The notes below the pieces were generated by a model. The model saw only the letters and a list, made by a program, of their open reading frames with translations, was not told the DNA's origin and did not search any database. 64,000 nt of DNA from Lachnospiraceae bacterium. GTDB lineage: Bacteria; Bacillota; Clostridia; Lachnospirales; Lachnospiraceae. A program made the position numbers and the translations under genes. Each line of letters opens with the position of its first letter. Within the stretch, counting starts at the first letter, position 1. Shown here in pieces: positions 47,391-57,731 of the stretch. Location: contig JAFPZU010000005.1 of NCBI GenBank assembly GCA_017417105.1, forward strand, positions 16,978 to 80,977, read 5' to 3'.

Positions 47391-49430
47391 TTATTCCACC
47401 ATGGGGGCAGGGCTTGCTTTCAGGGTGAAGTTGCTGTGGTCGAGGCTGAAGTTGGGATTAAAGTAGGGATCCCCGGCTTCAAGATCTTTCGCCCATTTTT
47501 TTCTGAAAGCTTCCGATTCTTCTTCGTAGCGTGAAGCCCGCCTGTCATCCGTGCCGTTTACATCGGATCCACGGCTTGCGGATTCGTAATGGAAAAGCTC
47601 TGCGAAGGGAGTGAAGACATTGACTTTTCCCATATGCCTTAGTTTCAGGCAGAAGTCCACGTCATTAAGAGCCACCGCAAAGCCCGGATCAAGTCCGCCT
47701 GCGGCATCATAATCCTTTCTTGATACCATAAGGCAGGCACCCGTAACCGCTGTGAAATTCTGGGCGTAACAAAGACGTCCCATATAGCCAAGGTTTCCTT
47801 TTGAGAGCATATAGTGCACGTGTCCTGCAGTACGGTGGGCGCCAAGTCCTATGACAACCCCGGCATGCTGTATGGTGTAGTCGGGATAGTATAGCTTACA
47901 GCCCACGGCTCCCACATCCGGTCGTTCAGCATACATCAAAAGCTCCTCGATCCAGTCTCTGGTTATGACCTCGGTGTCGTTATTAAGAAGCAATACGTAT
48001 TCACCGGAAGAAGCGGAAACTCCCCGGTTTATAAGCTCCGAATAATTAAAGGAATCCTGCTTCACTTCGATTATCTTTATACAGGGAGCTTTTTCAAGTT
48101 CTTCGTAGTAGCTCTTTATTCCATCAGTGGTGCTGCCGTTTTCAACAATGACTATCTCAAAGTTTTCGTAGGAAGAGCGCGACATTATGGAATCAATGCA
48201 GCGCCTCAGATCATCCTCGTGATCTTTATTGGGGATAATGATGGAGACCGAAGGCTTTGCCGTCAGGGCATATCTTATGCGGAATATGGTGGCAAAGGCT
48301 TTGGTGCTTTCTATCTCAAAACCTGACATACCGTCCCGTTCCAGGGCTGAAGCTACCGCTCTCTTTGCGGCAGCTATCGCGTAAGTCTTGGTATTTATAT
48401 CCGATGCGGTTGAGCCTGCGTGGCTTCTCCAGTAGTAGAGGATATGGGGCACATGGACTATGCCGTCTCCCATTTTTTCGGCTTCTTTTGTAAGACGGAG
48501 TATCAGATCGTGATCCTGGCTTCCGTCACATTCGGGACGGAATTTACCGACACGCTCTATAAGCTCCCTTCTGAAAGCGGAAAAGTGACAGATATAATTA
48601 TTAGCCCTCAGGTTATCCGGGGCATAGTCCGGCTTGAAATGGAGGGTCACCATATTGTTAATGGAGTCACCCTGAAAGGTTGCCTCGTCGGAATATAAAA
48701 ATGCGGCGTCCTTATTCTCCAGAGCCTTCATGAACTCGTAAAGCGCGGAGGGGTGGAGGAGGTCGTCATGATCCATAAGGGCGTAGAAATCACCTGTTGC
48801 AAGCTCAAAGCAGGCGTTTGTATTCTCTGAGATCCCTCCGTTATGTTCGAGCTTCCTGTACCGGATGCGGTTTCCGCCTTCATGGGCTGAGTACTCCGAT
48901 ACTATCTCACCTACATACTTATGCTCATCATCCGAGCCGTCTGCAAGGCAGAGCTCCCAGCCTTCGTAGATCTGGGCTTCGATACAGTCAAGAAGCTCTC
49001 TCAGGAACTTTTCCGGGGTATTATAGAGGGGGATGAGGATCGAGAAAACGTGATCCTTTTTGAATCTGCGTTTTTTCGCGGCCTCAAGCTCTTCTCCCTT
49101 AAGGAAGCTTTCCGTGCCGTGATATTTATAGGCTGCCCGCTCAATTCGCTTTGATTTAAGCTTTCTTATGACTTCCTTCAAGGAGCCGAGCCGGACGATG
49201 CGCATCACGCCGTTTTTGAAATGTGACCAGGCGAGTCTGAAGGGCCAGATCATCTTATAGATAAGACTCTGTTTCAGGGCGTTCCATTTAAGGGAAAGCT
49301 CGGCGTGCTCGGCTTCAAGATCCGTGAGCGCCCTTGTGAGCTTTTCGTTCTTTTCCCTTTCTTTTTCATAGAGGCCCTTGTAGTAGGACAGCATTTCTTC
49401 GCTGTTTATATCTCTGCGTTCTTCTGACAT
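47391..49430 (-). CDS. Glycosyltransferase family 2, two GT-A domains, N-terminal coiled coil
   Basis: FSILIPLYNT, DHDD, YSDE, GSQDHDL; second domain VSIIIPNKD, LLNNDTE, AVTGACL, NDVDFCL. Confidence 0.92.
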   Translation of the reverse strand: MSEERRDINSEEMLSYYKGLYEKEREKNEKLTRALTDLEAEHAELSLKWNALKQSLIYKMIWPFRLAWSHFKNGVMRIVRLGSLKEVIRKLKSKRIERAAYKYHGTESFLKGEELEAAKKRRFKKDHVFSILIPLYNTPEKFLRELLDCIEAQIYEGWELCLADGSDDEHKYVGEIVSEYSAHEGGNRIRYRKLEHNGGISENTNACFELATGDFYALMDHDDLLHPSALYEFMKALENKDAAFLYSDEATFQGDSINNMVTLHFKPDYAPDNLRANNYICHFSAFRRELIERVGKFRPECDGSQDHDLILRLTKEAEKMGDGIVHVPHILYYWRSHAGSTASDINTKTYAIAAAKRAVASALERDGMSGFEIESTKAFATIFRIRYALTAKPSVSIIIPNKDHEDDLRRCIDSIMSRSSYENFEIVIVENGSTTDGIKSYYEELEKAPCIKIIEVKQDSFNYSELINRGVSASSGEYVLLLNNDTEVITRDWIEELLMYAERPDVGAVGCKLYYPDYTIQHAGVVIGLGAHRTAGHVHYMLSKGNLGYMGRLCYAQNFTAVTGACLMVSRKDYDAAGGLDPGFAVALNDVDFCLKLRHMGKVNVFTPFAELFHYESASRGSDVNGTDDRRASRYEEESEAFRKKWAKDLEAGDPYFNPNFSLDHSNFTLKASPAPMVE

Positions 49431-51106
49431 TCCTCATCACCTGTATATACGCGTCCTTTTCCGTCCATAAGGGCGGGACGGATAAGGATGGAGCCTTTTA
49501 TATCATATTTTTCCGTATCTTCCGCCGGGATCCTTGCGATGAAGCCGGAAGAGGCGCTTTTCTTAAATCGGGGAAAGGCCTCGCCGACGTCGGATCGCTT
49601 AACTTCAAAGCCTTCCGCAACGATCTTTCTGCCCTCGCATTCTATCACCGCGCAGGGCTTCAGGTCGGAGGGAAGCTCCGTAAAGATCCAGCCGGTCACC
49701 TCGTAGAAGTCTTCATTGCCGTAGGCATCGGACAGCCTGTATTCAAAGCTGTCGAGATTTGCGTGAACATGTTTTTTATTACGCAGCCTGCCGTTTAATG
49801 GTAAGACCTCCGACATTCCCATAAGCTCCCACTCGCTTGAAAGGTTAAGATCAAAATCCAGCCTGTAGGGGGAGAGGTTTTTATTAATGTAAGGATCACC
49901 TTCATCGGTAATATCCCCGTGCTTAGCGGTGAAATACAGGCGTTCGTTCTTAAGGCGCTCGTAGGAAGCCCTGTCTTTGGTGTCATCAGCCCTTGTGGCA
50001 CCCTCAAAGTGTATCAGATGCCTGGAGTTTATGCAGATGTTGTTAAGCCTTTTTTTATAAAGCCTTATGCAAAGATCCACGTCGTTGTAGGCTACGGGCA
50101 GGCGTGTATCGAAGCCTCCAAGCTGCTCGAACCTGTCCCGGCTTACCGCAAGGCAGGCACCTGTCACCGCTATGGTATTTATGTCATGATCGCTGTAGCC
50201 GAAGTAGTATGAATCATCCTTGTAGCCCTGAAGCTTGTTTGAAGGACCGCTGTGAAGAAGGACTATGCCGCAGTGCTGTATCCTTTCTTCCCCGGGATAA
50301 AGGAGTTTGATCCCGACAGCTCCCGCGTCTTCCCCGTCAGCCCTTGCCGCCATCTTTTCAAGGATGCCTTTTTCGGAGCGGGGGATAATAACGTCATCGT
50401 TCATGAAGATAAGGATATCTCCCTTTGCCATTGAAGCGCCGTAGTTATTAAGATCTGAATAGTTGAATTCCTCGGGACTGTAAAGATATCTTATGCCAAA
50501 AGCCCTCGATATCTCTTCATATCTTCTTTTTGCCCCGTCTGAACTTCCGTTATCCACAAGGATAACTTCCACATCATCGGATATCAGGGAGTCGCTTATG
50601 GAGCTTACGCATTTTTCCAGCATGTCGGGATGATCCTTTGAAAGGATCACTATGGATATCTTCCCGTGGAAGCTGTCAAAGAACAGATCCGGCTTTTCGG
50701 GATCACTCCTTCGTCTTTCCTTGCTTCTGTGATAAAGAACCTTGGGAATGTGGCAGACCTTGTGTCTTGAAAATCCGTCAAGCTTATCGGGGTTAAGTCC
50801 TTTTTTAAGGGCTGTCATTCCGGAGATGTAGCCTAAGCTTCTTTCATTCTCCGGAGAATATGCAGGTTTGAAATAAGGCTTTGTCCTGCGGTTATCAAGC
50901 ACCAGATCCTCATCGCAGTAGATAAGATCATAGTCCCCTTTTGAGGCGGCTCTTGCAAATTCGGCAATCGCATCGGGGTCGGGGATATAGTCGTCACTGT
51001 CAAAGACGATATCATAGGCCTCATTAAACCTGTCTATAACATGGCGGTCGGTCTTTCTTCCGCGCCAGGTCTCAGTCAGCTTCAGATAGCGCAGATACCT
51101 TGTCAT
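49406..51106 (-). CDS. Glycosyltransferase family 2
   Basis: IYCDED, ISIVILSKD, VDNGS, FMNDDV, AVTGACL, YNDVDLC. Confidence 0.9.
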   Translation of the reverse strand: MTRYLRYLKLTETWRGRKTDRHVIDRFNEAYDIVFDSDDYIPDPDAIAEFARAASKGDYDLIYCDEDLVLDNRRTKPYFKPAYSPENERSLGYISGMTALKKGLNPDKLDGFSRHKVCHIPKVLYHRSKERRRSDPEKPDLFFDSFHGKISIVILSKDHPDMLEKCVSSISDSLISDDVEVILVDNGSSDGAKRRYEEISRAFGIRYLYSPEEFNYSDLNNYGASMAKGDILIFMNDDVIIPRSEKGILEKMAARADGEDAGAVGIKLLYPGEERIQHCGIVLLHSGPSNKLQGYKDDSYYFGYSDHDINTIAVTGACLAVSRDRFEQLGGFDTRLPVAYNDVDLCIRLYKKRLNNICINSRHLIHFEGATRADDTKDRASYERLKNERLYFTAKHGDITDEGDPYINKNLSPYRLDFDLNLSSEWELMGMSEVLPLNGRLRNKKHVHANLDSFEYRLSDAYGNEDFYEVTGWIFTELPSDLKPCAVIECEGRKIVAEGFEVKRSDVGEAFPRFKKSASSGFIARIPAEDTEKYDIKGSILIRPALMDGKGRVYTGDEECQKNAEI

Positions 51107-53198
51107 ATTCCCTCTTTTCTCCGGGAGTCCGCTTTATCATGCCTTTAAGTCCCCTGGGTTCGGTTTCGTATTCCGTAAGCTTTGCCAGTATGTCATCGTA
51201 GAGCCCGTCATCTATCATCTGTATTGTATATTCCATACTGAAAGAGGTGAGCCCGTCCGGCAGATCGAAAATGATCTGGGGATCGGCAGTATCAAAGACT
51301 ATGGTGCTTCCGCAGACCCTGCCGTTTACCAATGCTTCCTTGACCGTTGACTTAAGAAGCCTTACCATGCACCTGCACTCCTGCGGGTCGATCCTAAGCT
51401 TTTTCACCCCTACGGGCAGCGGGATCTCAAGGCTTACCTTAAGGTCGTCGGTGATCTTTCCGTCCATGACAGGCATGCTGCCTTCAGCGAAGCCCTCGCC
51501 CTTGTCGGCGTAAACTCTTGCATGGGCGGGACGCATAAGCCACTTCCTGCCCTCCATTGCCTCAGATAAGGTAACGCCGCCGCAGCCGAAGATACTGTAC
51601 ATCTTGTCAAGGGAGATATAGTCTCCTGCGATCATGTGCTGAAGCTCCATTTCCTTTACGCCGTATTCTGCTTCCTTACTTATATCAAGCCCTGCGGCCT
51701 TGTAAAGGAGCGCAGTGTCACAGATCCCCGGATGATCGTTAATAAGATACCTCAAAGCCCTGTAGACTATGAAGTCGGGATCTGCTCCGTCCTGTATCCA
51801 TTCGTAGTCGGTTATATTCCAGGCTCCGTCCTGGGTGATCATTATATTGGAGAATATAAGATCGAGATCGTTCAGTTTCTTTGCTTTAACAAATCCGGCG
51901 AACTGCCTTATGATCTTAAGGGCGGCATTCTGTCTGTTTTCCTTGAAAAGTCCTTCAAGGATATTGTCAAGGGTACGGCCTTCAAGATATTCAAACTGAA
52001 GCCCCTTAAAGCCGCCGTCTGTATCGGTAAGGAGCCTTACCTTATTAACCCTTACGGGGGAATTCTTTAAGATGGCACCAAGTTTTACCGAAGTGTCATA
52101 CATCTTCAGAAGATGAGCTTCGGCTGCCGGGGTCTTGGGGTATTTAACGATATACTTCCTGTGGTAGCCGTCAGTCAGAAGATCCGTTCTTATCTGGTAC
52201 TTTGGATCCCTTTCATCTGAGTGCTTTGAATAAAGGATCCTTCTTACATCAAAGCTTTCTATACGATCCTCCACCGACATAAGAACCAGGAAGGAGTTTG
52301 AGATTTCCGGGAATATCTCTTCCCGTATGGCTTCGTCAAAGACCTTTGCTTCATCAAAGGATATGAAGCGGCTGTTGTCGAAGTTTCTGGGATTTCCGTG
52401 GATCTCACCGGGCTTTGGAAGCCTTTCGTCGGAGAAGATGACTTCGGGAAGCTTATAGTCGGGATAGGGGTAGTAGAACTCCGTTCGAAGTCCCGCATTT
52501 TTTGCCAGAGCTGTGAGTCCGTTTCTGGAAAAGGTCCTTACGTTTCCTGTGCCGACATAGCCTTCGATACCGTCATAAAAGCCGGAGGTATGATCTTCAC
52601 GGCTTCCCGCAAGGTATTTAAGTCCGTATTTATTCTCTATGGCAACGACTATCTCCCCACCCTGAGCCAGGTGGGGGATCAGCATTTTAAGCATCGCCGG
52701 GTAAGGATCCTTACCGCCGCCTGATATATAGGAGCCTGCATATTCCAAAACCCCTATGAGAAATATATAATCGTATTTTTCCTCAAGATGAGGCTCGATA
52801 GCTTCAAGGTTTCCGACTATTATCTCTATGTTTTCCTGATCTTTGTTGCGCCAGGCATTTATCTGGCTTCTTTTATAGGAAAGCTCTATTGCAGTGACTT
52901 TTGAGGCTTTCTTCGCCAAGGCTCCGGTAACGGCCCCGCAGCCGGCGCCTATCTCCAGCACTTTGTGTTTTTTCTGTATGGGGATGAAATCCGCTATGTT
53001 GCCTCTCTTGTCCGATAAATGGTACAGGGCATTCCAGCTGGCCATGCCGGCGATCACTTCATTGTAGCGCTCGGCGGGCTCTTCCTTTACGATCCTTAAA
53101 AGCTCGTCTTCAATGCTTCCTTCACTGTAGAGATCCTCTCCGCTGTAGTAGGTAAGATCAAGCTCTACTTTTCCTGCTTTCTCAGATTTCTTTTCCAT
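51072..53198 (-). CDS. SAM-dependent methyltransferase fused to a kinase-like domain (glycan chain terminator-like)
   Basis: VLEIGAGCGAVT, LIGVLEY; later FEYLEG, DLIFSNI, ITDYEW. Confidence 0.8.
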   Translation of the reverse strand: MEKKSEKAGKVELDLTYYSGEDLYSEGSIEDELLRIVKEEPAERYNEVIAGMASWNALYHLSDKRGNIADFIPIQKKHKVLEIGAGCGAVTGALAKKASKVTAIELSYKRSQINAWRNKDQENIEIIVGNLEAIEPHLEEKYDYIFLIGVLEYAGSYISGGGKDPYPAMLKMLIPHLAQGGEIVVAIENKYGLKYLAGSREDHTSGFYDGIEGYVGTGNVRTFSRNGLTALAKNAGLRTEFYYPYPDYKLPEVIFSDERLPKPGEIHGNPRNFDNSRFISFDEAKVFDEAIREEIFPEISNSFLVLMSVEDRIESFDVRRILYSKHSDERDPKYQIRTDLLTDGYHRKYIVKYPKTPAAEAHLLKMYDTSVKLGAILKNSPVRVNKVRLLTDTDGGFKGLQFEYLEGRTLDNILEGLFKENRQNAALKIIRQFAGFVKAKKLNDLDLIFSNIMITQDGAWNITDYEWIQDGADPDFIVYRALRYLINDHPGICDTALLYKAAGLDISKEAEYGVKEMELQHMIAGDYISLDKMYSIFGCGGVTLSEAMEGRKWLMRPAHARVYADKGEGFAEGSMPVMDGKITDDLKVSLEIPLPVGVKKLRIDPQECRCMVRLLKSTVKEALVNGRVCGSTIVFDTADPQIIFDLPDGLTSFSMEYTIQMIDDGLYDDILAKLTEYETEPRGLKGMIKRTPGEKREYDKVSALSEAD

Positions 53199-54510
53199 TT
53201 TTGAATAATTGCACCTCTGAATCCATATCGTAGTAGCCTACAGTGTCTTTGGAAGAAATGACCTGTACATTAAATATATCATATAATCTGTGATATACGG
53301 TAAAATTCCCTTCGCGGTAGCCCACAAGACCAAGGGAAATGAGGTAATCACCGCCCTGGAGCATCATGTTCTGGGTGAAGGTTGCGACTATCTCGTCCCC
53401 ATTATGGCATTCGCCTGTGGAGAGCTTTTCAAACATTGTATTTGTGCCCGTTATCTCTACTCCCATCCGGTTCTTTATGGATACGGCGATTATGGGCTCC
53501 GAGATGTCGGCGTGATATTTTGTCTTTACCCTTACGGAGTAGGAATCCCCCTTTATAACGGTGTTGGTCATATTCCCGGAATTATCTATGAGGCAGAAGT
53601 CCTCGATCTCCGCAAGTCCGCTTCCGTAGGTGTCGTTTGAAGGGTTTAAGGTCATGTAGGATTTCCACATGCCGTCTTTTTTATTGCGGTTCAGCGAGCC
53701 AACGAGCTTACCGTCCTTATCCACCTTTTCGGAATGGGACATGGCGGAGCTTGTCTGGTTAACAAGAACCTTTTTGTACATATCGATTATCTCCTTGGGT
53801 TTTCCCTCGGAGAGCTTGATCCCGTGGTCAAGGAGAATTACGCGGTCACAGTATTTGCTGATGGAGGACAGGTCGTGGGATACAAAAAGGATGGTCTTGC
53901 CGGCTTTCTTGAACTCTTCAAATTTGTGATAGCATTTATTCTGAAAGAAGACATCCCCCACGGAGAGAGCCTCGTCCACCACCAGGATCTCGGGGTCGAT
54001 GTTTATGGCAAGGGCAAAGGCCAGGCGGACAAACATACCGGAAGAATAAGTCTTTACCTTCTGGTTTATGAATTCACCGATGTCGGCAAAATCAAGGATC
54101 GCCTCAAGCCTTTCATCAATCTCTTCTTCCGAAAAGCCGTTCATGGTGCCGTTTAAGTAGACGTTTTCGATGCCCGTAAACTCCATGTTGAAGCCGGCTC
54201 CGAGCTCTAAGAGAGCAGAGATCCTGCCGTCTATGGTGACGTTGCCCGCAGTCGGGGAGAGAACGCCTGTTATTATCTTGAGAATGGTGGATTTACCGGA
54301 GCCGTTGGTTCCTATGATGCCTACGGTCTCTCCGCGCCTTACCTCTATAGACACATCCTTTAAGGCATAGTGCTCCTTATAGAGCTTTCTTTTGCCTGCA
54401 AGTCCAAGCGCTTCCCTCATGCGGTCACGCTGCCTGTCATAGAGCTTATACATCTTGTCCAGATGTTCCACATCTATGATGACGTCCTGATTATCCGGAT
54501 CTGATCTCAT
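53182..54510 (-). CDS. wzt: Polysaccharide export ABC ATPase with C-terminal Wzt_C domain
   Basis: GTNGSGKST, LLELGAGF, YSSGMFVRLAFA, VDEALSVGD; Ig-like C-terminal domain. Confidence 0.92.
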   Translation of the reverse strand: MRSDPDNQDVIIDVEHLDKMYKLYDRQRDRMREALGLAGKRKLYKEHYALKDVSIEVRRGETVGIIGTNGSGKSTILKIITGVLSPTAGNVTIDGRISALLELGAGFNMEFTGIENVYLNGTMNGFSEEEIDERLEAILDFADIGEFINQKVKTYSSGMFVRLAFALAINIDPEILVVDEALSVGDVFFQNKCYHKFEEFKKAGKTILFVSHDLSSISKYCDRVILLDHGIKLSEGKPKEIIDMYKKVLVNQTSSAMSHSEKVDKDGKLVGSLNRNKKDGMWKSYMTLNPSNDTYGSGLAEIEDFCLIDNSGNMTNTVIKGDSYSVRVKTKYHADISEPIIAVSIKNRMGVEITGTNTMFEKLSTGECHNGDEIVATFTQNMMLQGGDYLISLGLVGYREGNFTVYHRLYDIFNVQVISSKDTVGYYDMDSEVQLFKNGKEI

Positions 54511-54564
54511 GTAAAATGCTGTCTTCCTAAATAATAAGTAACCATAATCTTTCTTACCCGTGGT

Positions 54565-54593
54565 ATTGTATCTATTTTCGCGGCTTGGGTCAA
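54565..54593 (-). promoter_or_regulatory. Putative sigma-A promoter of the wzt operon
   Basis: On the minus strand: TTGACC-N17-TACAAT. Confidence 0.7.
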
Positions 54594-54632
54594 CTGATGA
54601 GCAGGCAGTGGCTTAATCAAATGTGTTGGCTA

Positions 54633-54894
54633 TGTCAAGACAGATATGTTGTCTGTTCCGGTGCCAGATGCGCATGGCGCATCTAAACGGCACTCAAAAT
54701 ATGCCAAAGGGCATATTTTGCGGTCAGGGCCAACGCTCAGCCAGGCTAACTTCCGCGACGCACTAAGATTCAGCTAAAATGCTCGATAAATCCCGCATTT
54801 TTTAACGCTGAACCCAAGTGCTTACGGGAAGTGGATCTTGGCTTCGCTAAAAGCGGCCCCTAATTCCCTCACATACAACATATCTGTCCTGACA
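54633..54894. repeat. Palindromic mosaic element (REP/BIME/MITE-like)
   Basis: Terminal IR TGTCAAGACAGATATGTTGT / ACAACATATCTGTCCTGACA (1 mismatch); internal hairpins AGATGCGC-ATG-GCGCATCT and CAAAATATGCC-AAAG-GGCATATTTTG, plus a long imperfect stem. Confidence 0.8.
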
Positions 54895-54998
54895 GTTACT
54901 CTGTGCTAAGCTATGAGCAGAAAAACGGCAGTATTGAACGGATATTTGTACAAAGAACCACGTGTTCTGTACTTTTTTCAAGACATTAAATAAGTAAA

Positions 54999-55038
54999 TT
55001 GACATACGATAACGGTGGTGTTAAGTTATTGTATACAA
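54999..55038 (+). promoter_or_regulatory. Putative pflB promoter with adjacent palindromic operator
   Basis: TTGACA-N17-TAAGTT followed by the perfect palindrome TTGTATACAA (55029-55038). Confidence 0.55.
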
Positions 55039-55111
55039 GAAACGAACGTACGCATAACAGAGCCGTGGGGCTTTGATGGTACGCAGGATTTTATATCAAA
55101 AGGAGGATATT

Positions 55112-57382
55112 ATGGCAATGAGAGAAGAGTGGAGAGGGTTCAAAGGTACTCACTGGGTTGACGATGTAAGTGTCAGGGATTTCATCCAGGACAACTATAC
55201 ACCGTATGACGGAGATGAGTCTTTCCTTGCAGGTCCTACCGACGCTACCAACAAACTTTGGGGCAGGCTTCAGGAGATCCAGAAGGCTGAGAGAGATAAG
55301 GGCGGAGTCCTTGAGTGCGAGACAGAGATAGTTTCATCTCTTACAGCATACGGCCCCGGCTATATCGATGAGAGCATGAAGGATCTGGAGCAGATCGTAG
55401 GTCTCCAGACAGACAAGCCCCTTAAGAGGGCATTCATGCCTTACGGCGGAATCAAGATGGCTCAGGAAGCTGCAGAGCAGTACGGCTATCACGTAAACGA
55501 GAAGTACAACCAGATCTTTAATGAGTATCACAAGACTCACAACCAGGCAGTTTTTGATGCTTATACAGATGAGATGAAGGTTGCGCGCCACACACATATC
55601 GTTACGGGACTTCCCGATACATACGGACGCGGACGTATCGTCGGCGACTACAGAAGGGTTGCTCTTTACGGTATCGATTACCTCATCGAGAAGAAGATGC
55701 AGGACAAGAAGAACACAGGCCACGGCGATATGACCGATGATGTGATCAGACTTCGCGAGGAGCTTGCTGATCAGATCAAGGCTCTTAAGGGCATGAAGGA
55801 GATGGCAAAGATCTACGGATTTGACATCTCAAAGCCCGCTTCAAATGCCAAGGAAGCGGTTCAGTGGCTGTATTTCGGATATCTCGCTGCTATCAAGACC
55901 CAGAACGGTGCAGCAATGTCAGTTGGCCGTATCTCAACCTTCCTTGATATCTATATCGAGAGAGACCTTAAGGAAGGCACACTTACAGAGAGCCAGGCTC
56001 AGGAGCTCATCGACCACCTTACAATGAAGTTCAGGATGGTCAAGTTTGCCCGTATCGAGTCTTACAACCAGCTCTTCTCAGGCGATCCCGTATGGGCTAC
56101 ACTTGAGATGGCAGGTATCGGTATGGATGGCCGCTCAATGGTTACAAAGAACGACTTCAGATTCCTCCACACACTGGAGAACATGGGACCTTCGCCCGAG
56201 CCCAACCTTACAGTGCTTTACAGCTCACAGCTCGGTGATGCATTCAAGAAGTATGCTGCAAAGATCTCAGTCATGACTTCTTCCATCCAGTATGAGAACG
56301 ACGATGTCATGAAGCCTATCTGGGGCGATGACTACAGCATCTGCTGCTGCGTATCAGCTACACAGACAGGTAAGGAGATCCAGTTCTTCGGCGCAAGAGC
56401 TAACCTTGCAAAGGCTCTCCTGTACGCTATCAACGGCGGTAAGGATGAGAAGCACAAGGATAAGGAAGGCAAGCCCATGCAGTGCGGTCCCGAGCTTGCT
56501 CCCATCACATCGGAGTATCTTGATTATGACGAGGTTATGCACAAGTATGATATCATGCTTGACTGGCTGGCAGGTCTCTATGTCAACATCCTGAACCTGA
56601 TCCACTACATGCATGACAAGTATTACTATGAGGCAGCTGAGATGGCTCTTATCGATACCGACTTAAGGCGTACATTCGCTACAGGTATCGCAGGCTTCTC
56701 ACACGTTATCGATTCACTGTCAGCTATCAAGTATGCCAAGGTTAAGGTAATACGTGATGAGTTCGGTATTGCTACCGGGTTTGAGACAGAGGGAGACTTC
56801 CCTAAGTATGGTAACGATGATGACAGGGCTGACGAGATCGGTGTATGGCTGCTCAAGACCTTCATCACAAAGGTTAAGAAGTATCACACCTACAGGGATT
56901 CAGAGCCTACGACCTCCATCCTTACGATCACATCCAACGTGGTTTATGGTAAGGCTACAGGCGCTACTCCTGACGGAAGAGAAGCTTACAAGCCTTTCGC
57001 TCCCGGTGCTTCACCTTCTTACGGCGCAGAGACAAGCGGACTCCTTGCTTCACTGAATTCAGTGGCAAAGATCCCTTATGAGTACTCACTGGATGGTATC
57101 TCAAATACCCAGACCATGAGCCCTGACGCTTTGGGACATGATGATGCTGAGAGAGCTGAGAAGCTGGTTTCCGCTATGGACGGATATTTTGACAACGGTG
57201 CTCATCACCTTAACGTCAACGTATTCGGCACAGAGAAGCTGCTTGACTGCCAGGCGCATCCTGAGAAGCCCGAGTATGCGAACTTCACGATCCGTGTTTC
57301 CGGATATGCCGTTAAGTTCATAAGCCTTACTAAGGAGCAGCAGGACGACGTTATCGCTCGTACATGCCACAAGAAGCTTTGA
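55112..57382 (+). CDS. pflB: Pyruvate formate-lyase (formate C-acetyltransferase)
   Basis: AGGAGG RBS before ATG 55112; [24 protein letters not shown] active site, IRVSGYAV glycyl-radical loop. Confidence 0.97.
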   Translation: MAMREEWRGFKGTHWVDDVSVRDFIQDNYTPYDGDESFLAGPTDATNKLWGRLQEIQKAERDKGGVLECETEIVSSLTAYGPGYIDESMKDLEQIVGLQTDKPLKRAFMPYGGIKMAQEAAEQYGYHVNEKYNQIFNEYHKTHNQAVFDAYTDEMKVARHTHIVTGLPDTYGRGRIVGDYRRVALYGIDYLIEKKMQDKKNTGHGDMTDDVIRLREELADQIKALKGMKEMAKIYGFDISKPASNAKEAVQWLYFGYLAAIKTQNGAAMSVGRISTFLDIYIERDLKEGTLTESQAQELIDHLTMKFRMVKFARIESYNQLFSGDPVWATLEMAGIGMDGRSMVTKNDFRFLHTLENMGPSPEPNLTVLYSSQLGDAFKKYAAKISVMTSSIQYENDDVMKPIWGDDYSICCCVSATQTGKEIQFFGARANLAKALLYAINGGKDEKHKDKEGKPMQCGPELAPITSEYLDYDEVMHKYDIMLDWLAGLYVNILNLIHYMHDKYYYEAAEMALIDTDLRRTFATGIAGFSHVIDSLSAIKYAKVKVIRDEFGIATGFETEGDFPKYGNDDDRADEIGVWLLKTFITKVKKYHTYRDSEPTTSILTITSNVVYGKATGATPDGREAYKPFAPGASPSYGAETSGLLASLNSVAKIPYEYSLDGISNTQTMSPDALGHDDAERAEKLVSAMDGYFDNGAHHLNVNVFGTEKLLDCQAHPEKPEYANFTIRVSGYAVKFISLTKEQQDDVIARTCHKKL

Positions 57383-57411
57383 TGCTTTAGCTTTGAAAAG
57401 TTAATGGTATT

Positions 57412-57446
57412 AAGCCCGGGACTTGCAAAAAGTCCCGGGCTTTATT
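57412..57446 (+). terminator. Rho-independent terminator after pflB
   Basis: AAGCCCGGGACTT-GCAAA-AAGTCCCGGGCTT followed by TATT. Confidence 0.85.
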
Positions 57447-57480
57447 ATCATCATTACAAGAGTTTAAGATTGTGGCTTTC

Positions 57481-57704
57481 GCTTCCGGAGCTTGATGCTT
57501 TCTGTTTGTTGTTTTTTTCTGACTATGGTTCTAAGAAACCGCATTTAATGTGTTCAAACATGACGGGATCGGCGTTATTCGCATCCATGCTCAGTAACGC
57601 CTCGCGGGTACATCCATGTACCCGCGCCCCTGAGAGCGTAGCGGTTCCTAAGAACCATTACGTCAGAAAAAAGAACTGCACAGAAAGCATCAAGCCCCGG
57701 AAGC
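57481..57704. repeat. Palindromic mosaic element with long imperfect IR and CATCCATG hairpins
   Basis: Arms 57481-57542 and 57641-57704 are imperfect reverse complements; inner hairpins GGCGTTA..GCATCCATGC..TAACGCC and CGCGGGTACAT-CC-ATGTACCCGCG. Confidence 0.82.
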
Positions 57705-57731
57705 CCTGTACACTGTGAAAGGAAGTTGGTT

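Noticed and set aside
47391-54510. Glycan operon as part of the CIS
   Set aside because: It has its own promoter and typical surface-polysaccharide content; adjacency is the only link.
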